From Pelomyxa schiedti (lineage: Eukaryota > Protista > Evosea): a DNA stretch of 36,781 nt. Below, one piece after another: positions 10,479 through 22,473 of the stretch (positions are counted from its first letter, which is position 1; every line of letters begins with the position of its first letter). The DNA is taken from NCBI GenBank assembly GCA_020536535.1, contig JAHLWZ010000418.1:1-36781 (forward strand), given 5' to 3'. The position numbers and the translations under genes are program-made. The notes below the pieces were generated by a model that worked only from the letters and a program-made list of their open reading frames with translations, was not told where the DNA came from and did no database searches.

Positions 10479-11821
10479 CTATGAGGAGTGTGTCTCACTG
10501 AGATACAGACTGTTCCACTCGGGTAACTCAACAGTCAGAACAAGGAACTCAGAGAGAATGTCATAAACAAAAACCTTCTTGAGGTCCACTGACTGTATCG
10601 CACAGCACGACTCCAACTTTGTTTGTGAACATGCGGCCATCCCCTCTCCCCTCTCGTCTGGATTCACTTGACGAGGGAGTAACACTGCCATGAGTGGCTT
10701 GGGTCCTGGGATCTCACAATCCCACACTTCGTAATCAGGTCCGCCACATGCCTCTCTGCGGCTGACGGCGAACTTGGAACCAGACAACCATGATGTGTGC
10801 AGCCTTTCTCTCGAGTACGCAATCATTCGAGCAGCACCACTGCCTTCTTCCACATGAGTTATGTGCCAACTGTCACCAACAGGAGTGATTTCGCACCCCA
10901 CAGCAATGAACGAAGAGCCCCCACTTTGTGGATGATGCTGCCGGCTCTTGATGTGAATTACACTTTCCACGTCAAGAAGAGCTTGGTGGTCCACACTGAT
11001 GCTGCTGTGTGGAGCTGATCACGGATAAGCTCTTCGTTGAATGTGTCACTCTTGCATCGATTCGCACGAAGCTGAGAACCCGACCCACGTCCCCAGCCTC
11101 CAGAGGCAGCACCACCAAGATGATTTCATCAAGATTCTGGGTATTCGATGACAGAACACGTAGCACGTGAGTACGGCCAGTGTATGGCAGGGGAACGGTT
11201 ACAACGGAAGCACTATCATCATCGAGCCGCGATGAAGAGGAAGAAGAAGAAGAAGAAACATGTGGTGTCGGCTGAACCCGGAGCACGAACCTCAAGTGCT
11301 CTGAATCATTGACACCAGTTCCACACTGCACAAACCACTTGGAATTTGCACAGTCGTGCCGGCGCCCCAAAGGGCCACAACCCTTAACTCCTCCTCCCAT
11401 AAGTAGAACTCCCCGCCTCCCTGGCCGTACAAATAGTCGCGCAGCACATACTGGCCAGTTGGCGTACAGGTGATGTAGCGAGTGTCGTCGACCCACTGCC
11501 TCGGACACGCCGGCCGCACCTCGACCGGGCCCACGACGCCCAGCAGCGTCGGCGACACGCCGAACGCGAGCGTGCCCAGGTGCCGCGCGCCGGGTAGTCG
11601 GGGAGGCTGTACAGCTTGGCCGACACGCGCACCTGCGTGGCCGCGACGTGCGACCACACCAGCACCGCGACGGGGTGGGGGACAGGCGACGACGCGGGCC
11701 TAGAGCGCCTAGGCGCCAGCGCGGCGACTTGGGACCGAGCCGAGAGCGTGGGCCGAGCTACGAAGTTAATTGCCAATGTAGTTTCTAATGACAGCGCCTC
11801 TGCCTCCACGGCGCTCAGCAT
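10479..11821 (-). pseudogene. Frameshifted paralogue of the hypothetical-protein gene at 34983-36329 (LSARSQV family)
   Basis: Colinear with the intact paralogue (FVARPTLSARSQV, LAFGVSPTLLGVVGPVEV, RIDARVTHSTKSL, YDILSEFLVLTVE) but split over four ORFs, implying three frameshifts. Confidence 0.8.
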
Positions 11822-11924
11822 TCTCACCTTTTTGAGAGAGTTTTCATTCAAACATTGTAAAAACGCGACATAAGCCGTTACCCCCCAGTATTGTGCGTCG
11901 AGTGTGTTCTCTATCTCTCTCTTG

Positions 11925-14900
11925 TCAAGAGGAAGACAGGGGAGGAGGAGTTGATGGTTGTGTGTGGTTGTGGTGGTTGTCAGGGAAAGATGCCGCGATG
12001 TTGGCGAGGCACCTGGTGATGTGCCCCGCCACGTCCTGGTTGTCACTTGTTGTGGCTGTGTTGCTGTTGCCGGTGGTCACGGTGCCCGTTGCTGCTGCTG
12101 TTGCTGCTGCCGCTGCTGTTGTAGTTGACGGTCCGGAATTGGTGAACGCGATCTCGGCGCACGTAATCAACGCCTTGTCAATCGCCGGGAACGACGGCCG
12201 GTCGCTTTCTGCGTGTTGGTCAGTGAGGGATAGGGATGGAAGAGGGAGAGAGAGAGAGAGACTGCGGGGAAGAAGAAAAACAAACCGAGGATCGAGAGGC
12301 AGGACTCAACAAGGACAGAGAAAAGACCAACGCACGCGCGGTGCACGTTGTTGTTCAGCAGCTTGGGCTCGGATCGCAACGCGGAAGTGATTGCGATCTT
12401 CCGGCCGAGGCACTCCACCACCGGAATCTCTCCAATGTCATCGCAGATACGGTCCACTTCTGTGTGTGGTGCGAGTCAGATGATGGGTTTTTATTGTTGT
12501 AAACAACAACAAACCGGCAATTTCAGGGGGTGAGAGTGATGTCCGCTGGACCCTCATAAATTCTGTCACTTGAGCACCGGACTTTGGCATCTTCACTGAG
12601 GGCACTTCGCCTTGCAGAAGTTCACTCAGCAAAACTGCAAACTCCCACATATCCCCTTTTTGAATTTGTATTTGTGTTTATGTGTGTGGTGGTGCGGAAT
12701 TAATGTTGAGTGAACTAGCAAACAGGAACACCATCAATCATACCTTTGATTCCGTAGTGCCCAGTGTGCATCTGGGGTGGCAAGTAAATTGGTGTTCCGG
12801 CTCCATTTGTAAAACTCCCGATCGGAGGAGCTGGGTTACTCCCGCTGCCGAATTGGTTCTGCTGGAGGGCTCTTGACACTCCTTCATTTTCATTGGATTT
12901 AAGTGTTGAGACATGTAGAAAGTAGTACCAAAGTCAGTGAGTTTTGGAGTTCCACAAGAATCCAGGAGAACATTGTTGCTGCTCAGGTCCCGGTGCATCA
13001 CATTCCTCCTGAATAGCATCAGAATCGAATTAAATTGAGTTGAAAGGAAACGGAACCTGTGAAGTGCGGACATTCCTTTGGCAATTCCTGAGGAAACTGC
13101 CACAACTTCCATGAATGTCAAATCTTTCTGGTAATTGTGTGGTTTGGTATTTTCGTATTGTATTTACAATTGATTATGAGGTGAGAGCAAAACAAACATG
13201 ATGAAGGAGCTGCCTGAGGCTCAATTCCATGAGTTCAGACACGATCCAGAGTGACCCTGTGCTCGTGATGCACGTTCCAAGGCATCTCACAATGTTTGGG
13301 TGCCTCAGTCTTGACGAAATCTGTGTGGGTACATATATATTGATGAGTTGACGAATGATCAAAAAGTGTCTCACGCACCAGAGCTTCCTGCTGAAACCTG
13401 GTGATGTTGAACTCAGACTTGATGGCTTCGTGAAGTGATTTCACTGCCACAAACGTTGTTGTTGTTGTTTCCGACGAGGATGAGGAAGTGGTCACTGCGT
13501 TGTGAAGGAAGGTGCACTTGAAAACAGTTCCATACGATCCTACTCCAAGTGTGGAAACAACTTTCAGGTCTTTCTCTTGTATTGACACGGTTGATTTGAT
13601 TCGAACTTTGAGTTGAACAACCCTGTTTGTGCTGCGGCTATCTTGTTGTCGTTGTTGAATGTCCTCCCAGCTTATGGATGAATCAGTCAACAGCAGTTCC
13701 TCAGAGTTGTTGTGTTCTGAACCAACAATGAAAATTACTTGTTGTGTTGGTTCCACTCCAAACTTCCTTGCAATGATAAGCTTAACAACCTTTTTGTTTG
13801 TTTCCCCCACACAGCCAACCAGTTAGCAACAACATCACAACAAACAATGAGAAAGGGAGAAGGCGGGGGAAGAAAAGAAAAGGGAGAATGCGAGAGAGGA
13901 AAGGCACCATTTGAAGGGGACAGGAGCTGCACACAATTTCATCAAAAGAGGGAAGATCCTCAAATGCAATCCTGATTTGTGATCGTTTGCCGTTTTCAGG
14001 GAGAATCCACGTGCCTTCTCCTTGTTCAACATGTGACATCACGTGCTTCGTATCTGGATTTACAGTTAGAATTACACTGGTGGTGGTGCCAAGTTATGCA
14101 TGCGCGAAAAGGGAGGGAGTGTGATGAGTGGGTGGCAGCGCAAACAGTGTTGTTGAAGATCACGAAATCTTTGTTGGTCAGCTTCTCTGCATCTTCTTTC
14201 ATCATGGAGAAGCTTCAGATTCATTGTATTTTCTCCCTCCAAATGTGTGATTCGTGCCTTCAATTCTGTGAGGTCGTCTTCTGAACACAAAATGAGTGAG
14301 ATGATGGGCACCAATGTTGTGGCATTTGTTTCTATTGAAGAGGGGTGTTTCGCTCAACTCTTCAGCTGAGTTGCCTCGGTTTCCCAGCGGTCTCTTTCTG
14401 GGTTCCTGGTGTTGTTGTCGGAGATGTCACAACCCACCTCAAAAGTTTTGGGGAGCACCTTGCTGGCCCTCATGGTTGCCACTGGTGTGGGTTGTGTCTG
14501 TGTTGGTGTTTGTGCTTGTGGTTGTGTTTGTGGTTGTGATATGGATGGTGAGGATGACGTGGCATGAGCTGTTTTGGGGGTTGTGACTGCCCGTGCTGCT
14601 GTTGATGTTGTGGTGGCTGGACACATTATCTGGAACAGTTGCCGCACTTCATCATCGTCCGAGCACTCAAGTGCAGTTTTTCCCTCCTTGTTCTGTGTTG
14701 ACAGGACAATTAAACACACGCATTTCAGTCAGGCAAGGGGGAAACAAACCTTGATGTGAGGGTGAATACCAACCCGAGCCAGAAGCTGCCTCACAATTTC
14801 AACCTTTCCATCTCTGCAGGCAAGGTGAAGTGCAGTCTGAGAAGATGAAAATTAATTTTTGTTTCATGCAACATAAAACATAAAGAAAAAAAAAACCAAA

Positions 14901-16077
14901 GCACATTGGGAGTGGGGAGTCAGTACATCGCCCTTTCGTTTCCAAGAGACCCCAAGAAAATATACATGAGGGAAGAAACAATACCAACAACAAGAAAAAA
15001 AGTTCATACTGCCTTGGAAAACAAGTAAAAAAGAGTCAAGGTGTGAGGGTTCATACAATCTACAATGCAAAATCGTAATAGACAAATCCAGCCAAGTTAG
15101 AACGAAAAGCAGCAAGGGAGTATTTTTACTTACTCCCTGGACAATAGGGAAGTGTAAAAATGAGATAATAAGTGTCACAGAGAAATTGAAACAAAGTCAG
15201 AGACTGCATAAATATGGTTGAGGTGGGGAGGGGTCAATTGCACACCCACTAACATGCCAGTAAAGTGTGTTTGCAAACAAGGGGTGAAATTGAAGCAAGT
15301 AAGAGACATTGTTGTCGTTAATTATTACCCAATATAAAAGTGGGTGGTTACACACAATCTAACCACAGACAGAGTGAAGCAAAATGGAAGCAAGTCAGAG
15401 AATTTGATGTATAATTATTACGCAATAAAAAGGGTTTGGGTGAGGGCCAGTGACACACCATCTAAGCATGCCCACAGAGTGACGTAAGGAGTGAAATTTA
15501 CCAACAACGAAAAAAAACAAATTTAGCTTACATACTAGACATGCTCATAGAGCGAATTCGGAGATAAGGTGATGAATAATGCAATAAAGAAAGGATTGAC
15601 AGTATACATACAGGCTTACCCTGGGATGGAAGATATACGTTTTTAGAGAAAAGGGAATGCAAACACAATCAGAGGAAGGAACGTATACACTACATACAAG
15701 CTAGGAAAGTGAGATGGAACAGTGATGCTGATAACCCAACAAACCTGGGAATTGACTTTGATATTTTGCTTTGACAGCAGGAACTCAACACACTGTGGCC
15801 TCCCTCCCCACGTTGCTGCATGCAACGCTGTCTGTGTGTGTTGTCAACGTGTGTGTGTGTGTGCGGGCAAAACAATTACAATCATCACGTGTGAGAAATA
15901 GAAAGAAAGCGGTTTTTGGTTCGCGAACATCTCACTCACACACACCATTCGTTCTCCTTCGTATTTCACGCAGTTTAGGAGGGCGGGGTGGTCGGCCAGC
16001 AGCCTCCGCAGTGTGTCAGGGTCTCCTTGATGCGCGGCTGCGAACCACTCGTCAATCGTCTCTAGTGATGCCGCCAT
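11925..16077 (-). CDS. Ankyrin (micro-exon loop) / coiled-coil / ubiquitin-like / kinase, copy B
   Basis: Start MAASLETIDEWFAAAHQGD. Same exon structure and motifs as copy A (TALHLAC, GVGSYG, HRDLSSNN, DFG, GTPIYLPPQ). Stop at 11925. Confidence 0.88.
14927..15700 (-). other. Array of 10 candidate micro-exons in copy B
   Basis: On the minus strand, each AG|exon|GT: CTT 15698-15700, GGTAAGCCT 15612-15620, TAT 15532-15534, ATG 15459-15461, ATT 15356-15358, TGG 15246-15248, GGA 15134-15136, ATT 15057-15059, GCA 15010-15012, GGCGAT 14927-14932. Translation L-GKP-Y-M-I-W-G-I-A-GD. Confidence 0.82.
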
Positions 16078-16236
16078 TCGTGTTTCAGGTAAATGTTGTT
16101 GAACCTCTATCAATTCTGGAGTGAGACAGGCACCCTTCCCCTTGTGTTTCCCACAACACACGCCGACAGGAGGAACTCTGCTGCAAACGGAGTCAACATT
16201 TGGAAACCCTCAAACGAATGCACGAATCTCGACCGA

Positions 16237-18091
16237 ATGACCGCGGTTGCCACCAACGAAATCGCGTCGTTGGCTCGCTGCGCACTGAGCGCGGCGTCGC
16301 AGGTGGTCGCGCTGGGCGTCGGGGCCCGCTCGCGGCGGTGCGGCGCCCGCAGCCCCGCGCGGCTGCTGGACCCCTCGTCGCTGCGCGCCCTCGCCGTGTC
16401 CTGGGTCCTGCCCCCGGCCCGCCGCTCCCTCGTGTCCCTGCGCATCCCCTTCGCCGACGGGCCCCCGGACTTCACCTCCAGGAGGTACCACAACGAGGGG
16501 CAGCCCGACGACTACGGCGCGCTTCTGGTCTGGGAACAGGTTGCCAGGCGCCAGATGGGACCCGACGGCGGCGAGGAGGGCTACGACGTGGTGCTGCTCG
16601 TCGCGGTCACGCTGACCCTGGCAGCCACGGTTGTGCCCGTGGTGCAGCCGGACCGGCACATCATGAGCAACATCGAGGGGTGGCTGGACGCGGACCGGTT
16701 GATGTGGCGCGCGAGGCGGGCCTATGACATGCCTGTGGATATTCNNNNNNNNNNNNNNNNNNNNNNNNNNNNNNNNNNNNNNNNNNNNNNNNNNNNNNNN
16801 NNNNNNNNNNNNNNNNNNNNNNNNNNNNNNNNNNNNNNNNNNNNGCCACGGTTGTGCCCGTGGTGCAGCCGGACCGGCACATCATGAGCAACATCGAGGG
16901 GTGGCTGGACGCGGACCGGTTGATGTGGCGCGCGAGGCGGGCCTATGACATGCCTGTGGATATTCACGTTGGCGGCATTAGCAGAATCACTGGGAGCAGA
17001 GGAGGTAAACCCACCCATCCACACACTTTCCATTTGATACGATTAATAACTTTGAAACATTACTAATTAGAACACTATTTGACTACATAATAAATTTATT
17101 AATATATTTCCGGTTAATTAATTGTCGTCAACTATTTAACAACGAATAATATTTAATAGGAAATTAAATTGATAATGAATATATAGAATTTGAATTATTT
17201 CGAATTCATTCTCTCTTAGAAAGAAGTGAATTCAATGAGGATGAAGTGTTTGAGACTGATAAGCACCAGGGACTGATCCGATGCACCGGAAATTCCCGGT
17301 GGATGATTGCGGCTTACCACATGGAACTCCTGCTGTGGAAGAGGAGCGGCCCTGTTGTCAACAACCACCATCGCACCATTCCAATTCCACCGGGGCAGAT
17401 AGATATGAAGTGGATGACAGCAACAACCACCAGCAGCCTGCGCCAGAGTGATGTGCTGCAGCTGTTGATTCTGGACAACGGTGCTGCTCAAGTTCACCTT
17501 TTACCTGTGGATGTTCCAAGGTCCTTTGAGACCTCTTCTCTTCAGCTGGTATCCTCCATCCCCTCTGTGTCCTGCCCCACTCCAAGCTTGGCTTTTGGCC
17601 CTGGTGAGTTCTTCTGGAATTCAAACACAGGTGACATCTTCCTTCCCCTTGTTCTTGATGACACCACTGCATACACGCTCCAGGCTCTCTGCGTCCAGAC
17701 AGGCCACACTGTGCAGCTCCTTCAGTCACCCACCAACCTGGATGTGATCAGGGTGGATCACACCCACTTTGCTGCCCACTGCGCCGGATCGGGCATTTCG
17801 ATGCTTCTTCCACCACACTGCCGCTGCCCTGAGACAGGCACACTCTCAGTGTTTGATACCAACCGGATTCCATCAGAATCTGCCTCAGACCCCTGTGCTA
17901 CACTCACGTGCCAGGGTTCACTGTGGTCGTGCAAGAATGGCCTTATTGTGACCACCACAACGAGTAGTAGCCAGGATTTGAACATTGGTGGAGGAGGCCA
18001 ACAACAGGTTGTTATTATTGTTGATTGTTCCACTGGCCTGACTGTTGCCCAAGTGCCTGTGAGGTACACAAGCAAAATTGGTATGTGGTAG
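16237..18091 (+). CDS. Hypothetical protein, LSARxQ-motif family, two exons (intron 17005-17219)
   Basis: N-terminus LSAASQVVALGVGARSRRCGARSPARLL. A phase-1 GT-AG intron joins in frame to ORF 17246-18091. The N gap with duplicated flanks looks like an assembly artefact. Confidence 0.75.
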
Positions 18092-18252
18092 AAGAAGAAT
18101 GCTTGCAGTTTTTTCCTTTTTTCTTTCCAAAAGAACAATCTGGTTGGTGGTTGAAGAATGAAATTCACTTCCGCTCCCACAACCAGCAGGACTCGCTTTG
18201 GATTGTAGGTCTACATACAAAAAAATTTGATGAATAAATGGTAATGGCACCC

Positions 18253-20327
18253 TCACCACATTTGAATGGAACTGGCCTTCAGGCTGAGTGGAGTCGACCT
18301 AACTCCAGAGAGAGTGAGGATGAGTGCGCCTGTTGAAGGGCTGGTCACTTGCACAAATTCCTCCATGGGCCCACTTCCACAGGAGCAACTGCAGCTGCTG
18401 AAGAACAAGCCTCCCTCGGCAATCAGGCCATTCACCATGCCAGCACACTCAATCATCCTCAGAGGCCCTCCTCCTGCCCCTGCGTTGCTGCTGCTGGTGG
18501 TGGTGCAACAGTTGTTGATGTCCCAGATTTCCACCACACCAGGGTGCCAAACACAAAACTGTGACTCACCCAGCTGTGACATCATTACTGAATGCCCCCT
18601 TTGAGGAGGTCTCGCGAGTGGGGATGAAAGAACACTTAGAGAACTGCTCCCCTCCTCCACTTTGAACATGCCAACATCTGAATGCCAAGCATCAAAGACA
18701 TAAACACGAGAACCAGACTCTTTGAACAGAACAAAGGCGGCCCTGACACTACAAAGTTTAAATTTGGCCGTGCAGGTCGTGACGCTCAGTGCTGTCAATT
18801 TTTTTTGGGGTGTTGACCACGATTTCTCCACGTGAACTCTGTCAATTGAGAAGCTCTTCCATTCGCCAGAGTAACCAAGCTCGAGGATTGAGCACAAGAT
18901 GCCCTCATCAGGGCGTGTGTTGCTGAAAAAAAACTGCGTGTTTAATGGGGTCGTCCACCAGCCCACCGCACTGCAATATGGTTCGGTTGGCAATTTTACT
19001 TGGAGCATTCCCTCTTGAGGGTTTTTCTCCCGAATGCTTGCAATCACAACTGAGGGTAGTTCTGAGGGTGTGATTCCTCCAAACAAGAAAAAGAACCATT
19101 TGGCATTGTGTGAGAAGGTGAACGGGTGACAGTCAAAGTACACCAGAGGCAAGCTCTTTCCACTCTCAATGTTTCTCAGACTGTAACTCCAATGATCGCC
19201 ATTCTTACACTCCACCACGTTCCATTGATTTGCATTGATCACCTTGCGTCCAACAGACCCACACACCCACCTGACATCATCACCAATGACTGAGCCCAAA
19301 ATAGCGGACACCCTGAACTGAGCCACACAACTGAATGGAATGGTCGAGTCAGGCTCAACCGGCACAGAGAACAGCATCGTGACCTGGTGGCAGTACTCCC
19401 ACACAATCCTGATTGCCAAGTGATTGCCGTCGCGCTGTTGCTCTTGATACTCCTCGTGGTGGCGATGCAGGCGCGAAGGCAATGACAACAAGACCAAAGA
19501 AGACGGAGAGGAAGCATCAGCTGACGAGCCGACCTCAGAGGACGAAACCATGAAGTTGAGAAGGGAGCGGAGCTTCCCGCAGCGAGGGTGTGTCACCATC
19601 AGCAACGAAACGAACTGCTCCCGCGCACTCAGCGAAACAGCAGCCGACAAGTGCCGCTCCGCCTTCTGCTGAGGTTGCTGTATTACCGCTTCCGTGCCCA
19701 AAGATTCAGCTGCTGGTGCAGGCATANNNNNNNNNNNNNNNNNNNNNNNNNNNNNNNNNNNNNNNNNNNNNNNNNNNNNNNNNNNNNNNNNNNNNNNNNN
19801 NNNNNNNNNNNNNNNNNNNNNNNNNNCGAAACGAACTGCTCCCGCGCACTCAGCGAAACAGCAGCCGACAAGTGCCGCTCCGCCTTCTGCTGAGGTTGCT
19901 GTATTACCGCTTCCGTGCCCAAAGATTCAGCTGCTGGTGCAGGCATAACAGGGGGGTTCCACTCTTGCACCATTGCTGTGGAGGTGGTGGCTCCAGTCAT
20001 TTGGTTGGTGGGTGCTAGTTGTTGTGTTGTTATTGTTCCATCCAAAGACGACGAGGACGAGGACGAGGACGTAGAAGTGTATGACGTCGTTCTCCCTTTT
20101 TTTGCAGGCGTCAGCTGTTGGCGTTGTTGTGATGGTTGCGTCGGTCTATTGTTGTTGTTGTTACTGTTGTTGTTGATTTCGGGGTTTTTTCTGGGAGGCA
20201 CTGGTGTTGACGAGGCGGCGTCGTCCCCGTCGTGGTAGTGATGGTTGTCAGGGTCGCCACTGTCGGCACCACCATCGCCACCACGATGTGGTGGTTTGTC
20301 GTTGCTCCTACCGTTGCGACCCATCAC
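18253..20327 (-). CDS. Hypothetical protein, LSARxQ-motif family (paralogue of 33422-34897)
   Basis: Long ORF with LSAREQFVSLLMVTHPRCG, LAIRIVWEYC, VEIWDIN, TGALILTLSG. ORFs 19683-20327 and 18253-19725 join once the duplicated gap flank is collapsed. Confidence 0.8.
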
Positions 20328-20519
20328 TACAAAGGAAGAAAAAAATTAGTACATTATCACGAATGATCACTGGAGTGCTGATCGAGCCACGCTTCAGTGA
20401 TTATGCCTCATTCTCCTGCCTCCTGGGACCACCAGTCAGTACAACTAAATCCAAAAGTTGATTGCAACAAGCTTCCAACTTGGCGCGAGCGCAGTTTTTC
20501 ACGAAAATAAATAGATAGG

Positions 20520-21959
20520 ATGCAGCAGGCTCGCCAAGGGTACGCGGATGTGTCGGGTGTTCCCACGGAGCCAGCACCAAAGCGCCCGCGTGTCGTCGTG
20601 GTGGTGGAGGAGCAAAATCATAATCAAGGTGACCTCAACGGCGCCGATGGACGTGCCGGGGGGGGCGGTGCGGGTGACGGCGACGACGCAGTCACTTCCA
20701 CCGACGACGACGCGGCACGTGAAGCGAAGAAGAAGACTACGACGACGACTACAACGGCCGCCTCCGCCGCCAGCAGTGGATCAAAGAACGACGACGACGA
20801 GAGTTGTACTGTGCACAGCATTCACCGCCATGACACCGAGGTAAGGGCAACAATCTCGGATGCTGTCGCGTACTTGGATACACTGGCGTCTCAGGCTGAA
20901 GATGTATGTGTGATTACCAAGCTCCTTTTTTTTTTTTTTTTTTCTAATCACCAGTTAAAGAGCAAAAGGGAAGTCACCGTCGAGATTGAACAGTCCTTTG
21001 ATGAACTGCAATCTTTTTTGCAGAGGGAAGTTGCCCAAAATGTTGCCATGTTGAAAGCCGAAGCACAGAGAAATATGACAGTGTGTGCTGCCTTCTTGAT
21101 CTTTCTGGATCTGACAAATCACAGAGTTCATTGGCACAACTAAAGACACTCAACACGGCGGACTTCAAGGGAAAGCAAAGGGTATCATTCATTCCCAATT
21201 TCTTTTGTGGGGTAATGAAATGAAGCTCCTTTACCCAAAAGTACGTGTTCGCAAGGTGTTTGAGACCGCTTTTGGTGCCGTTTCTCGTTACATTTTTCTT
21301 GTTCAGGGTGTGTAATAATAATTTTTTTTTACCCTCCAACTTAAATCAACAAAGGTACTCACATCGTTGACCTGCCTATTCCCGTTTTGGTGCATATCCT
21401 GCAGTATTTGAACCCAACCTCTCTTATTGCAGTTCGTGCTGTGTGCTTTCAATTTTGGAAAGCTGTTTGTGAAGGTTTTTGTACCTATCAGTCAATTCTT
21501 GTACTAATTGTAATGAATGGATATAATACAGTAACCAGGACGGACTCTATCGCACTTTCCACTGATGTGCAGAGGAAACAAAAACATGACGGGGGCAAAT
21601 ACCGATGGAAGCTTGTTGACGGTGATACCTTGGAAACTCCCACTGGTGACTTTCAGTTCCTAGTTTCATCACCTGAAGAGACTATTTGTTTACGAATTTG
21701 TCTGGCCGCGAAGAGGCTCTTTGCACAACCCAAGCATTTCGAAGTAGTGATTACCACCGCTGCTGAAGGGGACAACAATAATGAAGAAGAGGTGCTGGAA
21801 TCCGATTATTTTGAGCTCACCACAGAATACCTGTATTCAATGGAAACGGAGTGTGATCGGATGCTCAACCTGCACTGCCTTCCTCCATCCTGTGGAAGAT
21901 TTCACATCACAATTACAGCCCAGGATTCCTTTTCTTTTCCCCTTGATCCCTCTTTGTAA
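20520..21959 (+). CDS. F-box domain protein (multi-exon)
   Basis: At ~21355-21470, HIVDLPIPVLVHILQYLNPTSLIAVRAVCFQFWK fits the F-box consensus (LP..IL..L....L...VC..W). Low-complexity N-terminal exon and a helical middle region. Confidence 0.75.
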
Positions 21960-22473
21960 AAAACAAACCAGCTCTTCCAGTGGAATTGCTTTACTTGTTT
22001 TTGCCAACTATTATGCATTTCCTTCGGAATGGAGAAAGTCCTTCGGGACGATACGATGCGAAAAATTATTAAAATATCTCATTGTGTCCTCCCTTGGTGT
22101 TGGCACTCGTCGTTGTCGTGCAGCACCACAAAACAACAAAAACGAAAAAACACAACACGCACAACGGTGCGCCAAAAACGACCAACACTCGTCATCACCA
22201 CCAAACACAGAAAAATAGCGTGGTAATTACCGTCTCAGGGATGAATGACCACAGGGCAGGGAACACCGACACAACACCACTCAACAACCCATGCAACACA
22301 AATCAAAAACTGTTGTGTGTACCAACACCATCCCCCACGGAAATGTGGAACCATCAAAAATGCCATCAAATCTTTGGGTTTGTGCTCCGATGTGGTGCCT
22401 CGTCGTCGTGCACCCAAAAAAATGCTTGGTTTGTTGTGTTGAATCGTTTTCTTTCGTTTTTTGTCTCTTAAGT

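Noticed and set aside
16624-16964. Apparent ~120-bp direct repeat around an N gap
   Set aside because: Identical sequence on both sides of a 100-N gap is typical of unmerged contig overlap; collapsing it restores the ORF.
19605-19947. Apparent ~120-bp duplication around an N gap
   Set aside because: Same scaffolding artefact; collapsing it gives one continuous ORF.
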